DNA from: Nemertoderma westbladi
Taxonomy: Eukaryota > Animalia > Xenacoelomorpha
Reading direction: 5' to 3'
Assembly: GCA_032718475.1 (NCBI GenBank)
Contig: JAUCBJ010006911.1
Coordinates: forward strand, 21,845 to 85,844
Length of the DNA: 64,000 bases
The notes beneath the pieces are model-generated. The model searched no databases. It was not told the origin of the DNA and saw only the letters and a program-made list of their open reading frames with translations. Position 1 is the first letter of the stretch. Each line of letters begins with the position of its first letter. Both the position numbers and the translations under genes were made by a program. Of the stretch, positions 52,571-64,000 are shown one piece after another.

Positions 52571-52817
52571 TACTATGTAGACGCGCTTACCGTCTCCCCG
52601 GCACACCAACTGGTGGTTCGAGTGCAGCGGGGACCCCACAGCTGGCGAGTGACCGGCGCACGATGTCATTGACCATCGAGTGACGTGGATGGCGCACGCG
52701 CGCACCTCATGCAAGACAGGCCGTGAAGCACGTCTGCTGAGACATCCTTTTCAATTAATTAATTAGCTTTTATTTTAACTGGAATGGACTTTTTTATATC
52801 TATTATTTATTTTTCAG

Positions 52818-52832
52818 ACTTGATTCCAAAAA
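52818..52832 (+). CDS. Candidate 15-nt cassette microexon in DIV S3-S4 (adds LIPKN)
   Basis: Long T-rich tract ending ttttcag, 15 nt, gtaagg donor; phase 1/1 matches the flanking exons and reads open. No transcript evidence. Confidence 0.4.
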
Positions 52833-53496
52833 GTAAGGTTTATCAGACATAATATTTGCGCATGCGCAGAAACTATTTCTATCCGACAATAGGCTACGCA
52901 CGCATGATATACAATACTAGTAATTTATGTACTATGGTAACTATGGAAACTTCAACCAAAGATCGGGATATAAGGAATTTTAAAAATGAAATATTATCGT
53001 ATTTAATAATTTTAGAAGAAAATATCATTTTGTAGAATTCTAGAACAACGTACCCCACAACTAAACAATAACTGCATGCATAATGAATTCGATTTACTAA
53101 CCACTAATATCACCAGAAAACTAATTTTACTATTAGTATAGTCTTATTTATTGGCAATTCTAGTCTGCAGGATAACAAGCTTCTTGAGTTTCGTATAAAT
53201 AAGTTACATATAGTTACGTACTCAATTAAAATTAATTATTCAATAGCCATAAGTATCCCGCTCTGCATGGGGAGACCCCATGGATTAGAAGAGTAGGCTG
53301 TGGGGGCGAGCGACGAAAGTAAGCGAGCTTAGCATACAGGTACCACTAACTCAATTGGTGTGTCTGTTGTGGGGCGAGCGACGGATTGGTTTACACCCAG
53401 ACATCACATCACATGACTCACACTTTCTTATTTAGCTCATTTCTATCAAACATGCAATTTTAAGTTATATAACCGGCTATCTCTATTATTAAATAG

Positions 53497-55093
53497 GGAG
53501 CACGTCACTGGGGTTCGAACTAGTGCGTTACCGTACAGGTGCACGTTTCTGGGGTTCGAACCAGTGCGTTACCATACAGAGGGAGCACGTCACTGGGGTT
53601 CGAACCAGTGCGTTACCGTACAGAGGGAGCACGTCACTGGGGTTCGAACCAGTGCATTGCCGTACAGAGGGAGCACGTCACTGGTGTTCGAACCAGTGCG
53701 TTACCGTACAGGTGCACGTCACTGGGGTTCGAACCAGTGCGTTACCATACAGGTGCACGTCACTGGGGTTTGAACCAGTGCGTTACCGTACAGGTGCACG
53801 TCACTGGGGTTCGCACCAGTGCGTTACCATACAGAGGGAGCACGTCACTGGGGTTCGAACCAGTGCGTTACCGTACAGGTGCACGTCACTGGGGTTCGAA
53901 CCAGTGCGTTACCATACAGAGGGAGCACGTCACTGGGGTTCGAACCAGTGCGTTACCGTACAGGTGCACGTCACTGGGGTTCGAACCAGTGCGTTACCAT
54001 ACAGAGGGAGCACGTCACTGGGGTTCGAACCAGTGCGTTACCGTACAGGTGCATGTCACTGGGGTTCGAACCAGTGCGTTACCATACAGAGGGAGCACGT
54101 CACTGGGGTTCAAACCAGTGCGTTACCGTACAGAGGGAGCACGTCACTGGGGTTCGAACCAGTGCGTTACCATACAGAGGGAGCACGTCACTGGGGTTCG
54201 AACCAGTGCGTTACCATACAGAGGGAGCACGTCACTGGGGTTTGAACCAGTGCGTTACCGTACAGGTGCACGTCACTGGGGTTCGAACCAGTGCGTTACC
54301 ATACAGGTGCACGTCACTGGGGTTCGAACCAGTGCGTTACCGTACAGGTGCACGTCACTGGGGTTCGAACCAGTGCGTTACCATACAGAGGGAGCACGAC
54401 ACTGGGGTTCGAACCAGTGCGTTACCATACAGGTGCACGTCACTGGGGTTCGAACCAGTGCGTTACCGTACAGGTGCACGTCACTGGGGTTCGAACCAGT
54501 GCGTTACCATACAGAGGGAGCACGTCACTGGGGTTCGAACCAGTGCGTTACCGTACAGGTGCACGTCACTGGGGTTCGAACCAGTGCGTTACCGTACAGG
54601 TGCACGTCACTGGGGTTCGAACCAGTGCGTTACCATACAGGTGCACGTCACTGGGGTTCGAACCAGTGCGTTACCGTACAGGTGCACGTCACTGGGCTTC
54701 GAACCAGTGCGTTACCGTACAGGTGCACGTCACTGGGGTTCGAACCAGTGCGTTACCGTACAGGTGCACGTCACTGGGCTTCGAACCAGTGCGTTACCGT
54801 ACAGGTGCACGTCACTGGGGTTCGAACCAGTGCGTTACCGTACAGGTGCACGTCACTGGGCTTCGAACCAGTGCGTTACCGTACAGGTGCACGTCACTGG
54901 GGTTCGAACCAGTGCGTTACCGTACAGGTGCACGTCACTGGGGTTCGAACCAGAGCGTTACCGTACAGGTGCACGTCACTGGGGTTCGAACCAGTGCGTT
55001 ACCGTACAGAGGGAGCACGTCACTGGGGTTCGAACCAGTGCGTTACCGTACAGGTGCACGTCACTGGGGTTCGAACCAGTGCGTTACCGTACA
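53497..55093. repeat. 41/44-bp minisatellite, about 38 copies, with a B-box-like palindrome
   Basis: Unit gcacgtcactggggttcgaaccagtgcgttaccgtacaggt. Confidence 0.95.
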
Positions 55094-55576
55094 GTTGCCT
55101 ACTACGATGTAGATAGACTATAGGAATTCTATTGTAAATCGTTGGGAAGAATGTTGAGTAATCAGTTGATAGAAATATATACTGTACATAATAGTGTGGC
55201 GCACAAGACGTATTGGATGTTTAATTGTATTGGATGTATTGGGTGTATTGGACTATCTAATAATTTAATCCTAAAATAATAACCATATATCATCAAAATT
55301 TATAATAAAGTTGATTGTCACCTAATTTTGCCCTCTTTATTAAAACTTCTTTCTTATATTAATTTTTCATATTATCGTCCGAGTAGTAAGCATTTTGTAA
55401 TTAAGTGCCAACTTTTTTCCACGTGGAGAGTTTGAATGGTACTGGTACAATCGCAGGCCATAAGAGTTGCTATTTTTGCAAAAATTAATAAATAGTGATT
55501 TGTCTTAATTAGTTATAATCTACTACAATAGGGTTAGCATGATGTTACAAGTTATTTGTATTTTTATTAATTTCAG

Positions 55577-56781
55577 ATATTGTATTGGAAAATCTGTCTA
55601 TAAATATTGGATTTAGTCCCTCTGCGTTGCGCGTTTTCCGGTTATTCCGTGTGGGACGGATACTGAGACTCATCAAATCGGCGAAAGGCATCCGCAAACT
55701 CTTATTCGCGTTGCTCATCTCTCTCCCGGCGCTGTTCAACATCTTCCTCCTATTGTTCCTAGTGCTGTTCATCTACGCCGTCATTGGCATGCAGGTGTTC
55801 GGAACGGTGAGAACAGAAGACAGCTCGGGGGGCGGCAACGAGGTACTAAACGACGTCGTCAACTTTAAAACATTTTTCAGTTCGTTAGTGATTTTATTTC
55901 GGTTGATGACAGCCGGGGGTTGGAACGACGTCCTCGAGCCATTAATGTCGACAGAACCCCCAGAATGTGATCCTAACATTCAACACACCGGGTTGCTATC
56001 AGGTGACTGCGGGAACCCTTATATCGCAGTGATCTACCTCGTGACATTCCTACTGGTGACCTACATGATAATCATTAATATGTACATCGCCGTTATTCTC
56101 GAGAACTTTAATTTAGCTCACCAGCAGGAGGAGATAGGCATAACTGAGGACGACATAGACATGTTCTATCTCGTGTGGCAGAGGTACGATCCCAAGGCCA
56201 CAGAGTATATTTATCATCACCAATTAACTAACTTTTGCCATGAATTAGACCCTCCTTTGAGATTACCAAGACCGAACAAAATTAAACTCGTCAATCTCGA
56301 AATCCCAATCACTACAGACGATCGTCTTCACTGCCTCGATGTTCTCAGAGCATTGATAAAACACACTCTCGGTGATATAGAGGACACAGACGAATTCACT
56401 CAACTCATCGAGCGCATGGATGATAAATTTAAAGAAGCCTTCCCAACCAGAAAGACTCTGAAGGTCACTTCATCTACGTTCAACCACCAACGACAAGAAT
56501 TCGCAGCTCAGGTTATTCAGCTGGCGTGGAAAAGGTTTAGGATGCGGAAGGGAATACGACGGGCCAGTGCCGTCTACCGCCACAAACGTAGCCTAGGGGA
56601 TGTGTTGCCAGGACAACAGGAGCGGATAGATGCGAGCATGGCGAAGCTCCGGAGTGGACTGGTGCTGCCCGCCCGGCAACGACGGACTAGCACATCTAGC
56701 GAGGCGAGTTTATCGGATAGCAGTATACGATACACGGGTCAGCCCAGCCCTGCCACTCCCAAAAAGGGGAAACCTAGCTAG
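55577..56781 (+). CDS. Nav2: Nav2 terminal coding exon: DIV S4-S6, pore loop TAGGW, EF-like C-terminal domain, IQ motif, stop
   Basis: tttcag acceptor, phase 1; LRVFRLFRVGRILRLIK, SLPALFNI, NMYIAVILENF, W..YDP.AT, LHCLDVL, AAQVIQLAWKRF; TAG at 56779-56781. Confidence 0.98.
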
Positions 56782-57001
56782 CTGGCAATGCTTGGCGATG
56801 GGAGATGCACTTGGCGAATATGTAATGTCTACCTACAGTAACTACTATATTTTTATCACTTACTTAAATACTGTTCTTTTATAATGTAATTATTTCGCTT
56901 GCAATGTAAGCGTATAAATGCCGCATAAATTATACATGCCACATTATTATCAATGTGACATTTAGCAACTACAGTATGTGATCCATACTGCCACTGGCAG
57001 G

Positions 57002-57609
57002 TACACGTTCGTGGGGACTTCGCGCAGCACGTAGTCGGCAAGCCTTGGCATACGGTTCATATAGAGCAAATGGGGCATGTCTAGTTTGGACCCCATATCC
57101 CATGCTATAAATGTATTCACTCGATATACAATCATATGTTAATCCGCTAGGTGGTGTCAAATTGTTATTCTGCACACTAGTTATAGTGCAGCACTGTACA
57201 GCAGTACCGTACCGGTAGGCCTATGTCATTACTTCTGAGTCTCTAGCGGATCCCCAATTAAATGTCTTAACTTTTCAATTTCGTAAAAGATGGACTTCAT
57301 GATTCTCTACAGGCCACCAAAATTTCAGCTCAGGAAAATGAGGCCTTCTCGAGAAATTTAACATTTTCTAAAAACCACATAATCTGTCGTAGCTGACGTC
57401 AGACTGCATGATTTTTCACCAAACTTTACAAACTTTCTAAACTTTCTCTCTACTACTTACCTACTAAGTTTGGTTCAATTCCGAACGAGCGATGCCGAGA
57501 AATTCGCGTTCAAACATTTACCAGACGGACAGACAGACAGACGGACATGCCCCATTTGCCCTATATGAACCGTATGCCAAGGCTCGCCGACTACGTGTCT
57601 CGCCCCACA
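57002..57609. mobile_element. Helentron/HINE-like element downstream of the Nav2 stop codon
   Basis: ~55-bp subterminal IRs, cagacggacagacagacagacggacatg microsatellite (DINE-1 hallmark), terminal hairpin cacgttcgtg. Confidence 0.7.
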
Positions 57610-57952
57610 GATGTAGAGTTGGACGGGAGACCAGTGCTTGTAAAAAATTTACTGTCTCCTTAAATGCGAGCAGTTTTGTTTTGCATCTTGATTCAGCTTA
57701 TTTCTTCCGAAAGTGAAAATGAATACTTTTATTATTAAATATAAAATGCAGAATAGACAGTATCTAATAACAAATTACAAATCAAGTGTTTGAAAAGAAC
57801 ATAAAACTACTGCTCCACAGCCCAGCGACCCTAAGTGAAAAGGGAAATTCAATTATATACCATATATTTTAATAAGAAATTACATTATAGGATACTTTAT
57901 TGAATTAGTCCAAAAATAAGCAAAATTCCGCCTACTAAATTTAGTAGTCAGA

Positions 57953-58940
57953 AGAATGTACAGAATGTATCTACAAAATGTATCTACAGAATGTATCTAC
58001 AGAATGTATCTGCAGAATGTATCTACAGAGTGTATCTACAGAATGTATCTACAGAATGTATCTACAGAATGTATCTACTGAATGTATCTACAGAATGTAT
58101 CTACAGAATGTATCTACAGAATGTATCTACAGAATGTATCTACTGAATGTATCTACAGAATGTATCTACAGAATGTATCTACAGAATGTATCCACAGAAT
58201 GTATCTACAGAATGTATCTACAGAATGTATCTACAGAATGTATCTACAGAATGTATCTACAGAATGTATCTACTGAATGTATCTACAGAATGTATCTACA
58301 GAATGTATCTACAGAATGTATCTACAGAATGTATCTACAGAATGTATCTACTGAATGTATCTACAGAATGTATCTACAGAATGTATCTACAGAATGTATC
58401 TACAGAATGTATCTACTGAATGTATCTACAGAATGTATCTACAGAATGTATCTACTGAATGTATCTACAGAATGTATCTACAGAATGTATCTACAGAATG
58501 TATCTACTGAATGTATCTACAGAATGTATCTACAGAATGTATCTACAGAATGTATCTACAGAATGTATCTACAGAATGTATCTACAGAATGTATCTACAG
58601 AATGTATCTACAGAATGTATCTACAGAATGTATCTACAGAATGTATCTACAGAATGTATCTACTGAATGTATCTACAGAATGTATCTACAGAATGTATCT
58701 ACAGAATGTATCCACAGAATGTATCTACAGAATGTATCTACAGAATGTATCTACAGAATGTATCTACAGAATGTATCTACAGAATGTATCTACAGAATGT
58801 ATCTACAGAATGTATCTACAGAATGTATCTACAGAATGTATCTACAGAATGTATCTACAGAATGTATCTACAGAATGTATCTACAGAATGTATCTACAGA
58901 ATGTATCTACAGAATGTATCTACAGAATGTATCTACAGAA
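57953..58940. repeat. 13-bp satellite (ctacagaatgtat), left arm
   Basis: Direct periodicity. Confidence 0.96.
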
Positions 58941-61466
58941 AGATTTAGAAAAAATTTGTGAAAAACATGTTCAGAAAAAAATAGTATCACCTCGAAAAAT
59001 GCCCGATAAACCTTGGATGACTGAATCTCTTGTATCCAGTACTATACAAAAAAATAAGTTATACCGGAAGTACTTAAAAAACCCAACAGAATCAAACCAC
59101 TCAATATTTAAAAAGTACCGTAATCAATTAACATCTTCACTACGCTCAGCAGAAAAACTATACTACCATAAACAATTTCAAGAGAACTCAAACAATATAA
59201 AAAAAACATGGTTGATTATAAACGCTGCTCTATCTAAATCTAAGAAATTAAACATTCCTAGTCAGTTAACAGTTCGATCAGAAAACGCAATAGAAACTAT
59301 CACAGATCCTTCCAGAATCGCAACTATTCTAAATAATCATTTTGCTACGATAGGACCACTACTTAATAACAAAATCCCTTCATCAAACCGCTCCCCACTG
59401 CGCCATATCCAACACTCTAACAGACATTCTAACTCATTTTCATTAGTAGAAACTTCACCTGTAGAAGTGCAATACTACCTTCTTCATCTCAATCCTAAAT
59501 CCGCTTCTAATGATACTCTTCCAACTAAACTTATAATGTTAGCAGCTCAACCTATTTCTATCCATCTCAATTACTTAATAAACCTCTCCATCTCGCTCGG
59601 CTTTTTTCCAGATTCACTTAAAATTGCGAAAATTATCCCATCTTTCAAATCTGAAGACCCATCCGATCCAAACAATTATAGACCCATATCCCTTTTGCCT
59701 GTACTTAGTAAAATAATAGAACAAATAATCAATTCACAGTTACTTTCATATCTCAATAAATTATCAATTCTCTCATCCTCCCAATATGGTTTCCGTCATA
59801 AAATCTCAACATCTCATGCATTACTTTCTGTAGTTGAAAAAATCCATCAGGCCTTAGACGATAAGAACTCAACATGCGCCATTTACATAGACCTAAAAAA
59901 AGCATTTGACACCATCAATCACGAGATTCTCCTCAAAAAACTTGAATGTTACGGTATTCGCGGCATCCCCTTACAATTAATAACTAGTTTTTTATCATCT
60001 AGACTCCAATTTGTTTCTATCTCTAATCATCATTCATCCCTTCTACCTCTAACCTGCGGTGTGCCGCAAGGCGGGGTTCTGTCACCATTACTATTTCTTC
60101 TATATATTAATGACCTACCTAAATGTACTAACCTACTAACTACTCTCTTTGCCGACGATACGACTCTCTTTCAGTCAGCAAACAATATAACGAACCTAAT
60201 TACTGATACTAATTTAGAATTGAACAAGCTGTCTGATTGGTTGATCGATAATCGCCTCTCTCTAAATCTTTCCAAAACTGAATATACTATTTATACGAAC
60301 TACCGGCATAATTTAGATAATCTACCTCCAATAAAAATAAATTCCAATAATGTAAAAAAATCCCAATGTACAAAATTCTTAGGCATCTATGTAGACAATA
60401 AACTCTCATGGAAACCTCACATAAAATATATTACTAAGAAAATTTCTAGAACTTCAGGCATTTTTTATAGGTTGCGCCATATTTTTCCTCTGAATATTCT
60501 ACGTCAGCTGTACTTTACTTTGATACACCCCTACCTATCTTATGGACTAATTCTGTGGGGGAGTACATACTCTACTATAATAAAACAGCTTTGTACTAAG
60601 GTAAATAAAATAATCAGATGTATAACATTTTCTCAATATCAAGCCTCTTCAAATCCCATTTACAAAACACTCCACATTCTACCTCTTAATCTACTATATA
60701 AACATCAACTAGCGCTCTTCATGTATGACATAAATAATTCTCAATCCGGAACTACTGATATAGGAATTTTTTTTAGAAAAACTGAATCAATACACAGGTA
60801 CCTCACTCGCTCTTCCTCTTGCGGCGATTATTACATACAAACTGCCCGCCTCACGTCTACCCAACAATCCGTAAGCTTCCAAGGCCCCCTGATCTGGAAT
60901 GTCATCCCACCCTATATCCGGGAAAAGAAATCCAAAACTTCATTTTCCCGAAATTACAAAAAAATACTGTTCTCTCAAATATAATAGGTCTCCACTAATT
61001 CCATATACTCAAAAATCCTTTACTATATCCTTCCCTCACTCTACCTTATTGTATTCAAATTTAAAAAAATAAATCCAAAATATTACACTTCATGTCTTTT
61101 TCGCTAGTCGAAAGACTAGTCGAAGATAGACTAGTCGAAATCCACAGGAAAAATTTTAAAATTTTAAATTCTAAAATACTGCTATCTAAAACATCAGTAA
61201 ATTTTACAACTCTGAAGTATTATCTTTTATAGAAACCAAACACGGCACCCCCCACCCTCCCCCCCCCCCCTTCCCCCTCAGTATCTATCAGCAACTGCAG
61301 TTGGGCTATACTAGCTTCGCTATTGCCCGGCCGCAGTAGCAGCACCAAGACCACACTTTAACATTTCCTTATTATATATTGCAACAATATTTTATTGTGT
61401 GCGATTTAATTTGATAGATACGAAAGAAATTAATATACTTAATACTTAATACTTACTTACTTACTT
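58941..61466 (+). mobile_element. 5'-truncated CR1/L2-group LINE with an intact RT ORF to 60984, inserted into the 13-bp satellite
   Basis: KPW, NYRPISLL, QYGFR, DLKKAFDT, GVPQG, LFADD, KFLG; no APE domain; 3' UTR ends in (tactt/ttac)n. Confidence 0.93.
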
Positions 61467-61940
61467 ACAGAATGTATCTACAGAATGTATCTACAGAATG
61501 TATCTACAGAATGTATCTACAGAATGTATCTACAGAATGTATCTACAGAATGTATCTACAGAATGTATCTACAGAATGTATCTACAGAATGTATCTACAG
61601 AATGTATCTACAGAATGTATCTACAAAATATATCTACAGAATGTATCTACAGAATGTATCTACAGAATGTATCTACAGAATGTATCTACAGAATGTATCT
61701 ACAGAATGTATCTACAGAATGTATCTACTGAATGTATCTACTGAATGTATCTACAGAATGTATCTACAGAATGTATCTACAAAATGTATCTACAGAATGT
61801 ATCTACAGAATGTATCTACAAAATGTATCTACAGAATGTATCTACAGAATGTATCTACAGAATGTATCTACAGAATGTATCTACTGAATGTATCTACAGA
61901 ATGTATCTACAGAATGTATCTACAGAATGTATCTACAGAA
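61467..61940. repeat. 13-bp satellite, right arm
   Basis: Same unit as 57953-58940. Confidence 0.96.
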
Positions 61941-62371
61941 TCTCCATAGTAGGCCTACTAGATTGGATACAAGGACATATAGATATATTCTGAAAGGTAT
62001 TGGACGGGCTTTGCATTTCCGTGGTCACACAACTAAAATACTCGCTTCTGATTGGGTAATCATGACCTACTATACTTATCTATAGTACTGTAGGTCACGG
62101 GGTAATAGCCAATTGCACGAAATTTTGATCGGGGTCCGTTCTCAAAAGTACCTCCTTCTACAGTTTTGGTGCACTGACTATCCTTTTATAGAATCCTTGG
62201 AGGAATTTTTGAATTTATTTTTCTAAATAATTTTATTGCACTATTTTTGCGACATGAAGTCATGCAATTTTCATTTTAATAGACTACACAGGCTTTAATC
62301 GAACTTTTCTCGAGAACTAGATCGAAATTCAAAATCCATCTAAGGAATCTATTCAGGAGAGACAGGATTCC

Positions 62372-62464
62372 AGTAAGAGATAGCGGCTCGGGTCTGGTAC
62401 AGAGTAAGAGATAGCGGCTCGGGTCTGGTACAGAGTAAGAGATAGCGGCTCGGGTCTGGTACAG
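62372..62464. repeat. 31-bp unit x3 (agtaagagatagcggctcgggtctggtacag)
   Basis: Direct repeats. Confidence 0.9.
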
Positions 62465-63375
62465 GGCTTTCTAACAAAAAAATAAGCCAAATTAGATAAA
62501 GATTGAAGGAGGAGATGTTTAGTGACTAAAAGTGTACGGAAATGGAGTTAGGCGTAAATGACAAAAACAAATCTCTTTTTTGAACCTTCCCACACAAACT
62601 GTCGGTGAATATGAAAGAAAGTCAGTTTAATATTGTCCGGCGATTGATAAACTAACTAAAAGATTAAAAGATCGGAGATTTCAGTTCCGATAAGATTTCT
62701 TTGTGTTTGGTGGAATCTAGGCTGTCTGCCTGTATGTCTGTCTGTTTGTCTTTTGATATAGAACGAAAAGTGCAAGTAGTAGTGTAAAAAAAAACAGTCA
62801 AGACTTGGTCTGATTTTTTACAAAAGTTTTACCATCGACCACAAAAACCTCACAAGAATTGTTTATGGTGCGAAAAGTGCAAGTATTGAAAAAAACAGAA
62901 TAACTTGAAAACGAATAGTATTGCGAAACCGCGTAAAGATTTGAAATCTCCGTAAAATTTTAATCTCAATGAAACAATAAAAAATATAATATTTTTCCCG
63001 AATTCGATTACCCCCCCCCCCCCCCCCCCTTATTATGCATGCGGTTTTGTTAAAGTGATTTTTATATTATTTTTATCATTATAATTTTACGCATGAATTA
63101 GCAAGATCGCAGGATCAGCAACACAAGAAACACTAATTTTTGACACTAAAATATGTTGGTCGTATTAGTGAATGTCTGGTGCGAAAAATATATCTAGACC
63201 AATGTACACCCCCCCCCCCTCCCCCCTCCCCCTGTACATTTGATCTAGATATGTATTTGCATCAACTTTACATTGGGCAAAGTTGATTAATAGGTTTAAT
63301 TTTAAAGACAAACGTCGACCCATTAACAAGGGGGTGGTTTGTTTAGACCATTTTTGAGGAACCATTATTTGAGTG

Positions 63376-63542
63376 TATGTGTGGCACACTATGTGTGGGG
63401 CATTATGTGTGGCGCATTATGTGTGGCGCATTATGTGTGGGGCATTATGTGTGGCGCATTATGTGTGGCGCATTATGTGTGGCGCATTATGTGTGGGGCA
63501 TTATGTGTGGCGCAATATGTGTGGCGCATTATGTGTGCCGCA
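63376..63542. repeat. 14-bp tandem repeat (ttatgtgtggcgca)
   Basis: Direct periodicity. Confidence 0.9.
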
Positions 63543-63930
63543 TACAAATTTGACATTTTGGAATATTATTTTGTTTTTAACGTGCACTGTACAATTACAA
63601 TATTGCGTTTCCTAGGAACAGCCAGCCAATTCCTACTGTTATGGGGCCTAAAAGTCACCCGCACACCAAGTGCTAATGGGGTTAACCTTTTTAACAATCA
63701 AGACAATTGATTATCAACCACCCTTTCATCTACACTAGGCCAATGCACCCACCAATTTGTATCGCTATGTTCATAATATTCTATGTATATAGATTAATTA
63801 TTGATTTAACACAGTATTGTGCCGAAATATTGTAATTACTGCAATGAATTTATTCAATGAAAATTAACTTTATCTTAGTTAAAAGCATTGCCTGCAATAT
63901 AGTGTCTTAATTCAGTCCCCCCCCCCCCCC

Positions 63931-64000
63931 TGTTCGCGCTTTTAGACCTTTAACAGTTTAACCTGCTAATTTATATGTCTATTAATACCTGACAGCCCAA
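63931..64000. mobile_element. Terminus of a second copy of the 5966-7143 LTR-like element, inverted, running out of the window
   Basis: tgttcgcgcttttagaccttta.cagtttaacctgc is the reverse complement of about 7108-7143. Confidence 0.75.

Noticed and set aside
15855-55093. CRISPR-like appearance of the regular 38-83-bp repeats
   Set aside because: No unique spacers, no cas genes, and a spliceosomal-intron context.

Overview
AT-rich animal genomic DNA carrying the 3' half (domain III S3 to stop) of one + strand voltage-gated sodium-channel alpha-subunit gene. It is Nav2 type (DSC1/NaCP60E/BSC1-like): DIII filter ATFEGW, RAISRWQGM, LMTAGGWNDVL. I spliced eight constitutive GT-AG exons by hand (8068-56781), and all phases join in frame. 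Main finding: the DIII-DIV linker exon, which encodes the fast-inactivation gate, is present as three diverged, intact, phase-0 tandem copies (36780, 39007, 39536) with gate motifs VFL, IIL and VLL. This looks like a mutually exclusive cassette for swapping inactivation gates. Other candidates are a 15-nt in-frame microexon in DIV S3-S4, a Gly at the DIV filter position, and about 207 tandem copies of the gene's own 5' splice site. The introns are filled with minisatellites, RTE/CR1/CRE LINEs, LTR remnants with 5-bp TSDs, Helentron-like (HINE) elements and a MITE. Most long ORFs in the supplied track are repeat artefacts. Family assignments come from recalled motifs; no database search was run.
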